Positions 1 through 11,527 of a stretch of 64,000 bases of DNA are shown here, piece by piece. A model generated the notes under the pieces. That model saw only the letters and a list, made by a program, of their open reading frames with translations. It did no database searches and was not told the origin of the DNA. The stretch lies in contig CP075495.1 in the NCBI GenBank assembly GCA_021613535.1, forward strand, positions 9,300,001 to 9,364,000, in the 5' to 3' direction. This DNA comes from Adineta vaga. Its lineage: Eukaryota; Animalia; Rotifera. The position numbers and the translations under genes were made by a program. The number at the start of each line of letters is the position of its first letter. The stretch's first letter is position 1.

Positions 1-487
1 TCTAAAAGATCATCAAAGAAAGAGACAAAAATTGAATCAAAATCGTCGTAGTGCTTCTATTGATCGACACATGTTAATAATCATGTTAACAAGTATAATT
101 TTATTTTTCTTCACCCAAATTCTTTTAAGTTTATTCAACATGCTTATATCACCTGTTTTACGATCTAAATTACCAATAACTAAAGCAAACGAATTAACAA
201 CAGTCGTCAGTTATATTGCATCGATTAACTACGGTGTAAGAAATTATTTTTCTTCTCAAAACTATGATTTTTATCTTCATTTTCTATAGACAACATTCTA
301 CATTCATTGTCTGACAAGTGGTTTATTTCGACAAGAATTTTACAATGTAATGCGATATATATTACGATCAAATTGTAGACGCATAGGTGTTGTTTTACAA
401 ATGATTGGACCAATACAGTTACAAGTAATACAAACAGCCGTGCAAAAAAGTCGAAATAAAGGTAGAATTGAAATTGATAACAACTAA
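1..487 (+). CDS. 3' end of a divergent rhodopsin-like GPCR (TM6-TM7 and tail), 5' part outside the window
   Basis: Reads DRHMLIIMLTSIILFFFTQILLSL (TM6), then SINYG | intron 236-289 (gtaag...tag) | TTFYIHCLTSGLFRQEF (TM7/helix 8 pattern typical of invertebrate GPCR expansions). TAA at 485-487. Confidence 0.75.
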
Positions 488-533
488 AACTCTGGTTTTT
501 CATGCGATAATCTTTTTTTTTGTATTTCATTTA

Positions 534-2592
534 TTAGAAAAGTTTCTTTCGATATCGTTCTTGACCTGATGTCATATATCGAGCTGCACTCATTGTTGTA
601 CATGTTGAATATGTAGCACGTTCTTGTCCATGTTGCATATACATATTGGTCATTGTTGTTTTAAATTCATGTTGACTCGAATATTTATATTCTAAATCAC
701 GTATTAATTCTTGACAAAGTGGGTCTTGTGCAGATACGGATGCACGAATTTTATCTAATTGACCTTTAACTAATTCATTAGCACGTTCATAATCAGTTGT
801 GTCAACTGCTTGTTTTAATACTTCACTTGTTTCAGCTCGATTACGTTGTATATCAAGTGCATAATTAACTTGTAAAAGTGATGATTGAGGATCTAGTTGA
901 TTAGGACGAGCAATTGTAAACGATACTGATGGTGTATGAAGTGTTTGATCAGTATTAGCATCAGTATACTCCAATGATACATGACCTAAAAATTCAAATC
1001 GAATAAAAAGACTATTTTTGATCGGTTTGTCGTTTATTTCTTCCTTACCAATCGTATGTTCATCCAAATCATCTGACTCAGATGATTGTAGTTTTGGTAT
1101 TTTTACTTGAAAAACAAGATTTCGACTTTCATCTGCATTCAAATCTGTCATCTTAAATGTAATCTGACGGGATGGTAAATGCTTTGGCTCATAATCATAA
1201 GTTGTATGTGTATGAGTGATCTGATAGTCGTTTTCAAATTCTAATTTAATACGTAGATTTTTAGCAATACATGTAAATAATCCACCAATTGCTGCAGCAA
1301 ATGATGGACCAATTGCATCCATTCGATCAATATATGTAAAAGTACCACCATAACCCTGTTCAGCTATTTGTGATAGTAATGCAGCATTATGATCAGAACC
1401 GTAACCAAATGTGTGGCAAACAATACCGTCAGGCAAAGACTTCATTAAACGACTATAATCATGACTCTGATTATCTTGTCCATCGGTAAGAAGAAGCATA
1501 GCGCCTAAAGGATTTGTTGTTTGACGGTTTCTAAACAAGTCAATGGCCATTTGAAGACCGCTACCAATGTATGTACCGCCACTTGCATGAATTCGTTCTC
1601 TGATTGCGCCACGGACAACTTCTTTCCTTTTGAAAATACATGATATATTAATAAATAAAATATCGAAAAAATGATTTACTTTTGTGTAGTCATCAATTTC
1701 AAACCGTCAGAACGATCGTAGGCATTGGTATCAAATGAAACAATTGCTAATCGATCAAGTGCTGTTAATTGATCAACAATATAATTTAATGTATCTTTTA
1801 GGAGAGATATTTTCTGTCCTCCCATGGATCCACTTTGATCCACCACACAGATAAGATCAATTGGAACATGTAATTCATCAAGTTCTTTTTCATTGGTTAT
1901 ATTTGAAAATAATGAAGGAGCTTTCAAACTCACCATTCCATAAATATTCGATTCTTTCGTTGATTCCTGTGCACCAAATTCCATTGTGGTTGTTAGGGTA
2001 ACCAAAGGCATTTCTTGATGATTTCCAGCTGATTGTTGTCGTGCCGTTCTAATACGGTCTGCAAGCGCACGAACAGCTTGTTCGTCAACACGATCATCTG
2101 GTGAAGATTTTTTATTAAAAATCTAAATGAAAGTATTGCAAATCAATCAATCAATCGTTTTACTTGAAATAGGATACTAACATTGATACTAGAACTACTG
2201 TTATTATTACTAGCTGCAGAAGTAGGTCTTCTAAAGTTTCGATTGCCCCAACTAAATGCACTGCTCAATGATCTTGTCAAAGTATTCCATATACCAGCGT
2301 TATTTACTGGTACTGGTGTTGTCGTTGGTGGTGATATAATATTTTGAGTAATTGTTTGTTGAACAGTATTATTCGAAGTTGCATTGAGAACATCCGCTAA
2401 AGAATCGAGTCGTGTTCGACATAGAGGACATTCATTGTTCTTTGCTTGTATATTTTTGACGAGACATTGAAAATGAAATTGATGTTGACATGCCGTTGTG
2501 AATACATCTAAACCTTGTTGAGTCAATGAACTTAAACAAATTGAACATTCATCTGAAGGATTTGACGTTTGAGAGATGTTTGCTTCTGTCAT
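534..2592 (-). CDS. RING-H2 + von Willebrand A (MIDAS) + Vwaint-like C-terminal domain protein, putative E3 ligase (WAV3/EDA40-like architecture)
   Basis: Exons 2592-2182, 2122-1680, 1626-1049 and 985-534 splice in frame at GT-AG sites. RING-H2: CSIC..C.H.FH..C..CPLC. vWA: IDLICVVDQSGSM, GGT, LLLTDG, HTFGYGSDH. C-terminal HGQERAT motif. Confidence 0.85.
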
Positions 2593-3087
2593 GATATATG
2601 AACTATCACAAGAAGAAAAATTAGGCGTTCCTGAAAGAAATTAAGATATTATCACAATTTATAAGAGAAAAAATAAAGTGTTATTGCACAAGTTCTTTGT
2701 AGTAACTAAGCCACGTCGCATAATGTGTGTCATATTATGACTGTTTGACGATACACATACTGACCATAAATAGAAGAATGACTCACATTTTGTTGCGTTT
2801 CTTATTACTGATTAGTCATATTTATTGTTAAATATTCATTGATGAGCAATAACAAAGAATGATGAAAACATAATAATACATTCGGATAAAAGTCAAGACA
2901 CTGTTAACAAACATGTAGAAGAAGAAAGGAAATACATTACTAAATAGACACAACAACGAACTTTCCTCGTTTTCAGAGAAGTAAGCATTCATTTTTAAAA
3001 GATTTCAATTTGAAACGAATACTTTTTCGAGAATATTGATTTGTACTGATTTTTTTATAGAATATTCTATATGCATAATAACGATTA

Positions 3088-3921
3088 CTATCGATAAAAA
3101 CGGCGCATAAATAAATGTGTGAATAGAGCAAGAGTTGCAATAGAATAGAAAACTTGTGCAATTGTTTGTGTTGTTCGACTCATATCTTGTTCTATATCAT
3201 CTGGAATAGTTCCACCACAACAAAATGCATCCTGATTTGTTTCTTCACAACATTGTTGATCACCATATATTGTACTACATTGAATTTCTATTGAGGAATT
3301 GTCATTTGATGTACAATAATAATAAGTTGTTGTATCTGAAGTTGGTGTTGTAAATCGAGATGATGATGAACGAGATCGATGAGCATACCGAATAGCTAGG
3401 GGAAGAAAAATTAATCGAGATCGACTCCACAGCCATCCAGATGGACGGTTATATGTTATACCAGTACGTGTATTAAGATATCGTGCCGATGAAGAAGAAG
3501 ACGACGAAGCAGAGACACGATTTCTACTACTACTACTACTACCCGTACGGGTTCCAATACTCGAACGAATGCCACCACTACGAATGCCGCCTCCGGTACG
3601 AACGGTTACTTTACGCGGTCGTCTGTTCTGTGGAATATCATCGTCTATAACTAAATTGATAAAAGTTTGATCGACTCAGTTGAAGAAATTTTTAATTTAT
3701 TATAGAAACTTACGATCTATATTAGAATGTTGATGATTATCTTTCGAATGTGATAATTCTTGACAAATTAATCTCCATTGTTGGTCTTCTTCGGCATGCA
3801 AACTATTATTGTCATTCAATACATTACAAATCGATTGGATTAAATTATTTGCTTGTACTGTTGTTGCATAACTAATATCGATTGTTTTCAGTATTAGAAG
3901 AATTATTAATTTATTGTACAT
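3088..3921 (-). CDS. Secreted/membrane protein: signal peptide, R/G/S-rich region, six-Cys module (C-C-CC-CC) and C-terminal hydrophobic segment (Shisa-like/CX-type)
   Basis: Exon 3921-3714, intron 3713-3651 (gtaagt...ttag), exon 3650-3088 open to TAG. Encodes YYYCTSNDNSSIEIQCSTIYGDQQCCEETNQDAFCCGG, then IAQVFYSIATLALFTHLFMRRFYR*. Confidence 0.75.
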
Positions 3922-4844
3922 TTCGAAAAACAAAAGTTTTTGATAAGTATTGAAATATAAGATTGTGCAATCTTTTAATCTATCAAAATGAAAGAAATAT
4001 GGCCATATTTGTTTTTTCTACTTCTCTTTCTTTTTCTCTGACGTAAATAATGAAACTCCTGCGCATATTAACTATCAAAATAGAATAGAAGTAAATAATG
4101 ACAGTCGGTAGTGCACGCATCTGTGCTTTATTATGATTTTGTTTCCTGTTTACTTATCGATCAATCAATCAATCAATAGTCAAGCGTCATCTTATTTTCA
4201 CACTCATATTATCATGAAAAGTGTTAATGTATTACATGAAATCGATCTATCTATGATAACATACTGTAAATCATTTTGTCGCATTCTTTCGACATATCTA
4301 CCTGATAAATGTTATTTGATGTTAAGCACTGACTATAGCAAGGCTCTGTCAATATAACCTCGTGTTTTTTATTTTGTTTCTTTTATGTTAAGCAGAAATC
4401 GAACCTTTTCTTCATTGCATATATCTTATTACAAAGTAATTGATCTGTTCGTAAATAGAAATCTTTACATTCTTGTCCACTATGAAAACGAACAAATTCA
4501 ATATTTACATAATACATAGTCTTTATGATTCGTGTATTAGTTGTCGGAAGAGCTGTGAGTAAAATAAAACAACGAATTATATTTTCTTCATGACTTGCTT
4601 TATAAATTCAAAGCTTATTTTCTATAAAATCAAATATAGATATTGAATTATAATCATTTTAATAAAAGAGTTAAGTCATCATGTTTCTTCAATGATATGA
4701 CAAGAGAAAAAAAAATCTGCAACAAGTCATGATGACGTCCGTTTTCAGTCGTTTTATACTTATCTTATCTCTTGTATATATATATCGAATATTACGAAAA
4801 GAAACTTCTAGTATATTCTAAATAACTGTATCAAGAGTCAAAAC

Positions 4845-5661
4845 ATGCAATTCATCAAAATTTCTATTCTATTTACTGTAATCTATGCTGGTATTATCTC
4901 AGCTCAAGTACCTATTCCATCTCGACCAGATGGATATGGCGTTGGTGGTCCAGCTGATGCTCATGTTGTTGTCGATATGTTTCTTGATCCAATTTGTCCA
5001 GGTTGTAAAGCTGCTTGGCCAACTGCTTTACAATTGATTCAAGCTTATGGCACTAAAATTCATTTTCGAATTCATACATTTCCACTTCCTTATCATACAA
5101 ATTCCTTTGTAGCTTCTCAAGGTTTACATGTTATCGCAAATGCTACCGATCGAAATCTTGATACTATATATCGATATATGACAAAAATCTTCGAAAATCA
5201 ACAAATGTGGTATAATGATGCAACAAAATCGATGACTATGCCACAAGTAATTGAGTCACTTGCTTCATTTGTGGATAAAGCTGGTTTTATTACAAAAGAT
5301 AAATTTCTTAATGGAATGAATAGTGATGATATCAATGATCAAACACGTATCTCATGGAAATATGCTTGTTCAAGAGGTAATGTCAAGGAAATCTCTATAA
5401 CTAAACTATTCTTTGTAATATATAGGTGTTGTTGGAACTCCAACATTCTTTATCAATGGTGTCACTACTAGTGCTAGTTCATCTTGGACACTTGATGATT
5501 GGAAATCTGTCATTGATCCAATTTTAGCATCGAATCAACAGGTTTCATCTGAAGTAAAAGATTGTCCACCAGGACAAAAACCATGTACATACGCTCCACA
5601 TAAAGTTCAATGTTGTATCAATGGTGAAAGCTGCATTCCTAATGTTGGCTGCCGTTGTTAA
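4845..5661 (+). CDS. Secreted DsbA/thioredoxin-fold protein (CPGC) with a small C-terminal Cys-rich module
   Basis: Signal peptide; FLDPICPGC; FPLPYH; intron 5377-5425; SRGVVGTPTFFING (cis-Pro loop); tail CPPGQKPCTYAPHKVQCCINGESCIPNVGCRC*. Confidence 0.85.
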
Positions 5662-6433
5662 TTAGAAAAATGGAGAGAAATGTGCTTAAGAATGTTTCAA
5701 ACGTTTCGAAATTCATTTAAATAAATGTGCAATATTTAAAAAAAAAGAATTTCATCTTTTTCACTAGTTAGGTAATCAAATCATTTTAATTCCTCATTGT
5801 TCTGGACGAATGATTAACAATGGAAAAAAGGTAATAACGTAACAATTCTTACATAAGATTTATAGTCATTCTTCAAATTATTCTAAAAATTAATGGAAGA
5901 GAATAATTTCCCTTTTTCCGTTGAGAAAAGAATAGGAAAAAAATGATTTGTAATCATGATATATTACAGAACATCAGACATTTGAGTTAAGTAATCAAAA
6001 AAATATTTCCCATGAGACATACTTGTCTTTTAGAAAAAGATATATTGTCCAATGACAAGTATCATCATTTGAAGGAAAAGATCATCAAAATTATGTTAAT
6101 TAAATTTCACTCTGCTCATCTTTGCATTGTGTTCAACGATTGAAAAAACAAACAAGTAGAATTGATATTTTTACTTTATTGTCACAGTTATATGAAATAT
6201 TTTCATTGTCTTTTCACGCCTTAAAACTGTCACTTATATGATACAACAATGAAACGAAAAAAAAGAAAAAAGATCTGAACGACAGCTAGAATTAAAAAGA
6301 ATCAAATACAAACATTGAAAAAAAAATAGCTCACTAACCTAAATCAATCGTACTCGTACAGGAAAAGAAAAGAAAAACGAAATGACTAGATTTGAAAGAA
6401 AAAGAAAACAAAAAGGGTTTATTATTGTTGTTT

Positions 6434-9400
6434 TTATACAGTTGGCATTAGAAACGTAGGTCGTCTTTCTTGATCAAGCATTGATGGCAGATTGCCCTGC
6501 TCTTGTTGTTGATCAGAATCGGAAAATAGTGAACCTTCACTACTTGAACGCTGTGTTCATTGAGAATTTTTCTTTGCTCATTTTGATCAGTAGATGATGA
6601 AGAAACACTTTCTCGATTACTAGCATCTGTAGAACTTGCCCAAGAAGTTGTCATTGTTTCTAAGAAACACAAACCAAGATAAACATATTAATTAGAGAAA
6701 GAAAAGAAATAATTACCTCCACCTAAAGAATTGATCATCATTGAATTTGATGGTTGTGGTGGAGGAGGAAGAAGTGGTGGTGGAGCATATTGTGATTGAC
6801 GTTTTACTCTTTAACAAAAAAAAAAGAAGAAATAGAAAATCAGTTTACTTTTCTAGGTAAATAATATCAAATCAAAATGAACTTACAATGGAGAACTGTT
6901 CAATGTTGTTTCAACAGGCCATCGAACTTCATGATTAGTTCGTATATTAGTATTATTTGTTTGTTGTTGCGTAGGATGATTATGACGTGTTGATGTACGT
7001 ATAGATGATGGTGTATGAGGATGTGATTGTGATGTACAATGTACACAATAATGATGATGATGATGATAAGGTGTATGTGGTTGAGAACGATATTGAAATG
7101 ATGAAGATGGATGATCAATCCATGGTGGTTGATATTGAACTGTCGATAATTGTTGTTGATCTAATACTGAATGATGAGATGATAATGCTGGTGAACGTAC
7201 TGATTCGGACTAAAAGATTTTAAGATTAAATTTAAATTTAAAGAAAATAATTTAGTTGAAACTTACATAAGTTGGTAATAATGTAGACACTGTTTGTGGT
7301 GGTGAATGATTATGTTGAAATATTCCTGTTGTTGCATATGGATTCAGTTGTTGTTGTTGTTGTTGTTGTTTAGATTGTTGTAAAAGTGAATTGATTGGAT
7401 TTTTATGTATATTCACTAAATGAGGTTCATGTTCATTGTGACTACTTGCTGATGCTGTCGTTGTTGTACAACATTGAAGACGTATTCCACTACCTATTGT
7501 GTCAGTCCATAATGCTGTCGATGATGAGGGTGGTGGAGTGTCTTTAATTAAATCGTAACGAGTACCATTACTTAATGTTTTATGTACGGGCATTTCAACA
7601 AATTGATTCGATGAAGAAGATGAAGAAGAATTTGAACTACCAAATTTCAATCGATGACGATGTTGATGAAGTATATGATGAAAACATAACCAAAGAGTAT
7701 ATAATAAAGCACATGTAAATAGAATACTGGAAATAATCAGAATTGGTAAAAACCTATGAAAATTTAAAAAATAGAATCAACAAAATCAATTGTACTCGGT
7801 AATCATTTACCAGGGTTGAATAATTGCTTCACGAAATCGACGTTTAAAATTATATCGATTTAGATTACGATTTAATTTGAGAAAATCTTCATCTGAAACA
7901 TAGAAATTGAGAATATTGTTTTCTTTATATGTATATATTTTTTTAATATTCTTACTCATGGTAACACATATTGGTTGTGAATAAGGTCCATAACCAAGAA
8001 CTGTACGTGCTGCTACACTGATGCAATATTGCATATCTTCAATAAGACTTTTAATATGTAAACCTTTTGCATCAGCACTGATATTCAATAAACGTATTGA
8101 ACTTGATTCATTTGCGCCTAGACAATTAACTTTATAAGCTACAATTCGTCCATTTTGTTCTGTTTCTTTTGGTGGATTCCATCGAATGGAAAGGCTTGTT
8201 CTTGATGTTAATTCAACTTGAACATCAATAGGTGATGATGATGGAATACTTTCTAATGTTCGAACAATTAATATATTACTTGGTCGACTGATTGTATTTG
8301 TTAAACTATTTATTCCGAGTAAACGAATTGTATAATCTGTATTTGGACGAAGATTAGTAATTGTATATGTTGTTAGATTATGTTTATTTAGAAATGTTTC
8401 AATACGTTCATTGATATCTTTTTCAGTTCGAATTGAAATTGAATACCGATCAATATAGTGGTTTACTTGAAGAATATTCCATTGTAATGTTACACTAGTT
8501 TCTTGAATATTGATTGGATCTAATAGACGAATAAATTCATCATTTAATTGTTGTTCATGACGTGTTTCGATTAATTCCGATAATAATGATGGTTGACCAT
8601 ACCCAAATGAGTTTCGAGCACGTATAAGAAACTGATATGTGGAATCAATTTTCAAATTTGGAATGATTTGACGAGAACTTTTATTTGTGGTATAAAAACG
8701 TTTCCATTCGAGAGTTTTCTCTTCATTATTCAAATTAAAATATTCAATTAAATAACCTTGAATATCATTGGATGGAGAATTCCATGCTAATTCAATTGAA
8801 TTACTATTTATAGCAATAGCTAAAGGTTGAGTTGGTGATTGTGGTAGATCTTTTCGTTCAACACGTTGAAATATTGTATTCGAACGTGGATCTTCAACAT
8901 TTAAATATGCACTCCAACTTGTTTCATCATTATTTAGATTAGTTACAACACATTTATATGTACCAACATCATTTCTAAAATAATAAGTTCATGTTGAAAA
9001 ATGTTTTTCTTTATGGAATCATTTTAATGAGTATTAGCTATCAGTGACAGACAATTAGGAATGCTTTATTATGAAATCACCGTCAGATATCCTTGAGACA
9101 TGTCTAGTATGCTAATTGCTGATAAATCAAACAGAAAAAAAATGAGTCTGGTATTTTGTAAAGCATCGATTAGATTGTAATAACAAGGATAAAGAAGAAT
9201 GTCATTTAACGAATCATTTAGATCTCAATGATTCTCAATCTAAGTTTCATATTCTCGAATCTATACAATTAAAAGAATAATAATCTAATTCTTGATTTTT
9301 CTGTAACTTTCATAGAATCTCTTGAGTATTCATCTCATTTGAATAGATCAAAAAACAAATTGAAATCTGATTAATAGAAAGAACACATATATACATACTT

Positions 9401-10924
9401 ATCAGCAAGACGAATAATTAAATCATGATTTATTTCAATTTTATATTTGTCATTATTTTCAATTTTAATTGATTTATGGACTCGACCAGTCGGTGTATAC
9501 CACCATTGAATTTTGAGATTTTCTTTCGTTTCACAAGGAAATATTACTTCAACACCATTTGGTACTGTTTGATTATTAGGTACATAAAGAATAATTGGTG
9601 GCGATTCTAAACGTTGAACATGTAGTTGTATTAAACCTTGATTAAATTGTCTTTTTTGTTCATAGGAACATTCAAATAGAAGATCATTATCAAATTCTTC
9701 GATACGACGAATTTTTAATCGATAATGATTATTATCAAGAAAATCAAATCGATGATTATTTTCAATGACAATATCAGTACGATTGATAATTGACCACGAA
9801 ATTTTTTCATTGCTATTCAATGGTAATTGACAATCAATTACTGCTGATCGTCCAGCATATACGTTCAGATGACTTTGACTAAAAAGTTTTTCTTCATTAT
9901 TATTGGTTAAACGTTCATGAACAGCAAGAAATATTTCTTCCGAAAATAAATGTCGACGTCGACCACTATTATAAATAACGAGACAAATATATAATCCACT
10001 ATGATTATATTCAACGGATCGTATATCGATACGATTATTTCGTCCAACGATAGGACCATTTTTATGATTATAATGCCATTCAATTTGATATTGATCATCA
10101 TCATTTGAACTTTCAACTTGACATTGGAAATCAATTGATTTACCACGTTGAATATCTAAACGTGATGTTGATGGACGTATGTAAATTTTTGGTCGATGAA
10201 ATTCAGTTAAATGAGCTACAGATGATTGACGTACTAAGCCATTTGAAGCTACACAACGATAAGAACCGAAATCAGTTGATTGAACTGATAATAATACAAG
10301 ATCAGAATGATCAAGTGGAAGTGAAAGATTTTTTCCATCTTTTGTCCAATAGATCATTGGATTTGGTGATCCATGTGGTGGTTCACAACGAAGACGAATA
10401 CGTTCACCAATAGTTGCTGTAGTTGATGTCGGCGAGATAACAAAGTCTTTATCAAGTTCTAGAGATAGAAAATTCAATAGTTTTCATTTCAATAGCAATG
10501 GATATGATTTGACATACTAATAAAATTGACACGAGCTGTTCGACTTTGTGTTCGTCCAAAGGAATTTTCTGCAATACAATAATATGCACCAGCATCTTGT
10601 GGCATAGCATTGATTACATGTAATGCCATAAATTCTGTTATAATTCTTGCATTTGGATCCATTGTTACTAATCGACCATCTTTATAACCAATTCACACGA
10701 AGATCATCTAATGATGATGCTTCAGCACGGCAATGTAAAGCCATAGGTTTGTCTAATTCTGCAAGAATATCTTGTGGCTGTTCGACAATAACTGGTGGAT
10801 TTTTATTTGTACATTGAGATAAATCTAAAGAATTCATCGATTTTTTAAAGAATTAGAAGATATTCTTCATGTTTAAGAATCACTTACGAATCAAAAGATA
10901 AAAAATCAGAATTCTTAGATTCAT
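6434..10924 (-). CDS. robo: Roundabout (Robo/SAX-3) receptor: 5 Ig + 3 FN3 + TM + cytoplasmic tail
   Basis: Signal exon 10924-10888. Ig1 PPVIVEQP...DAGAYYCIAEN; Ig2 CEPPHGSPNPMIYWTKDG; Ig5 PPIILYVPNNQT; three FN3 domains; TM near 7690-7750; CC1-like PYATT; Pro-rich PPPLLPPPP. The last exon has an apparent 1-bp frameshift: stop at 6448 as written, 6434 if corrected. Confidence 0.9.
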
Positions 10925-11496
10925 TGTTTAAATCGATGTCTTTGACGATTGATGATTGTTCAAGATTAATAATCATCCATCTAGAAATCTGAAATAGAAA
11001 TAAATGAAACAAACATACGTAATGATTATTTCCGATGAAAAATCGAACAGAATGAATGAATGAAAGAGAGAGAGAGAGAGAGGCGGATGTTGAGCATATA
11101 TTTCATCTAATTGAATTTATTCTTGCTTCTGCTTTTCCTTCTCCTTCTTCTTCTTCTTCTTCTTCTTCTACTTGTACTTGTACTTGTTTTATAATCCAAA
11201 TCCCTCATGAGTCTAAGTGGAATTATGAATATTATAATACAACAAAATTGATTATGACATCATCAACATTATTCTCGCGAAACAAACATGACTGACCGAT
11301 GTCCGCATCTCAATGTAAGAAGATGAAGAAAAGCTATTATTAATCGTTAATACATAGAAAGTCTGCTCCTATTCCTATACACATATACTTTCTTAGACAA
11401 GAAGACAGATGGAATGCCGACCACCATCTGGCGATTACCATTGTGCCTCTTAAATTGTCGACAACAATGATGACAACAACGAACAAGAAACTAATG

Positions 11497-11527
<31 letters not shown>

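Noticed and set aside
5659-5690. Possible frameshifted extension (…NGEKCA*) that would add an eighth Cys to the DsbA tail
   Set aside because: It cannot be supported without orthologs or reads, and the existing TAA gives a plausible end.
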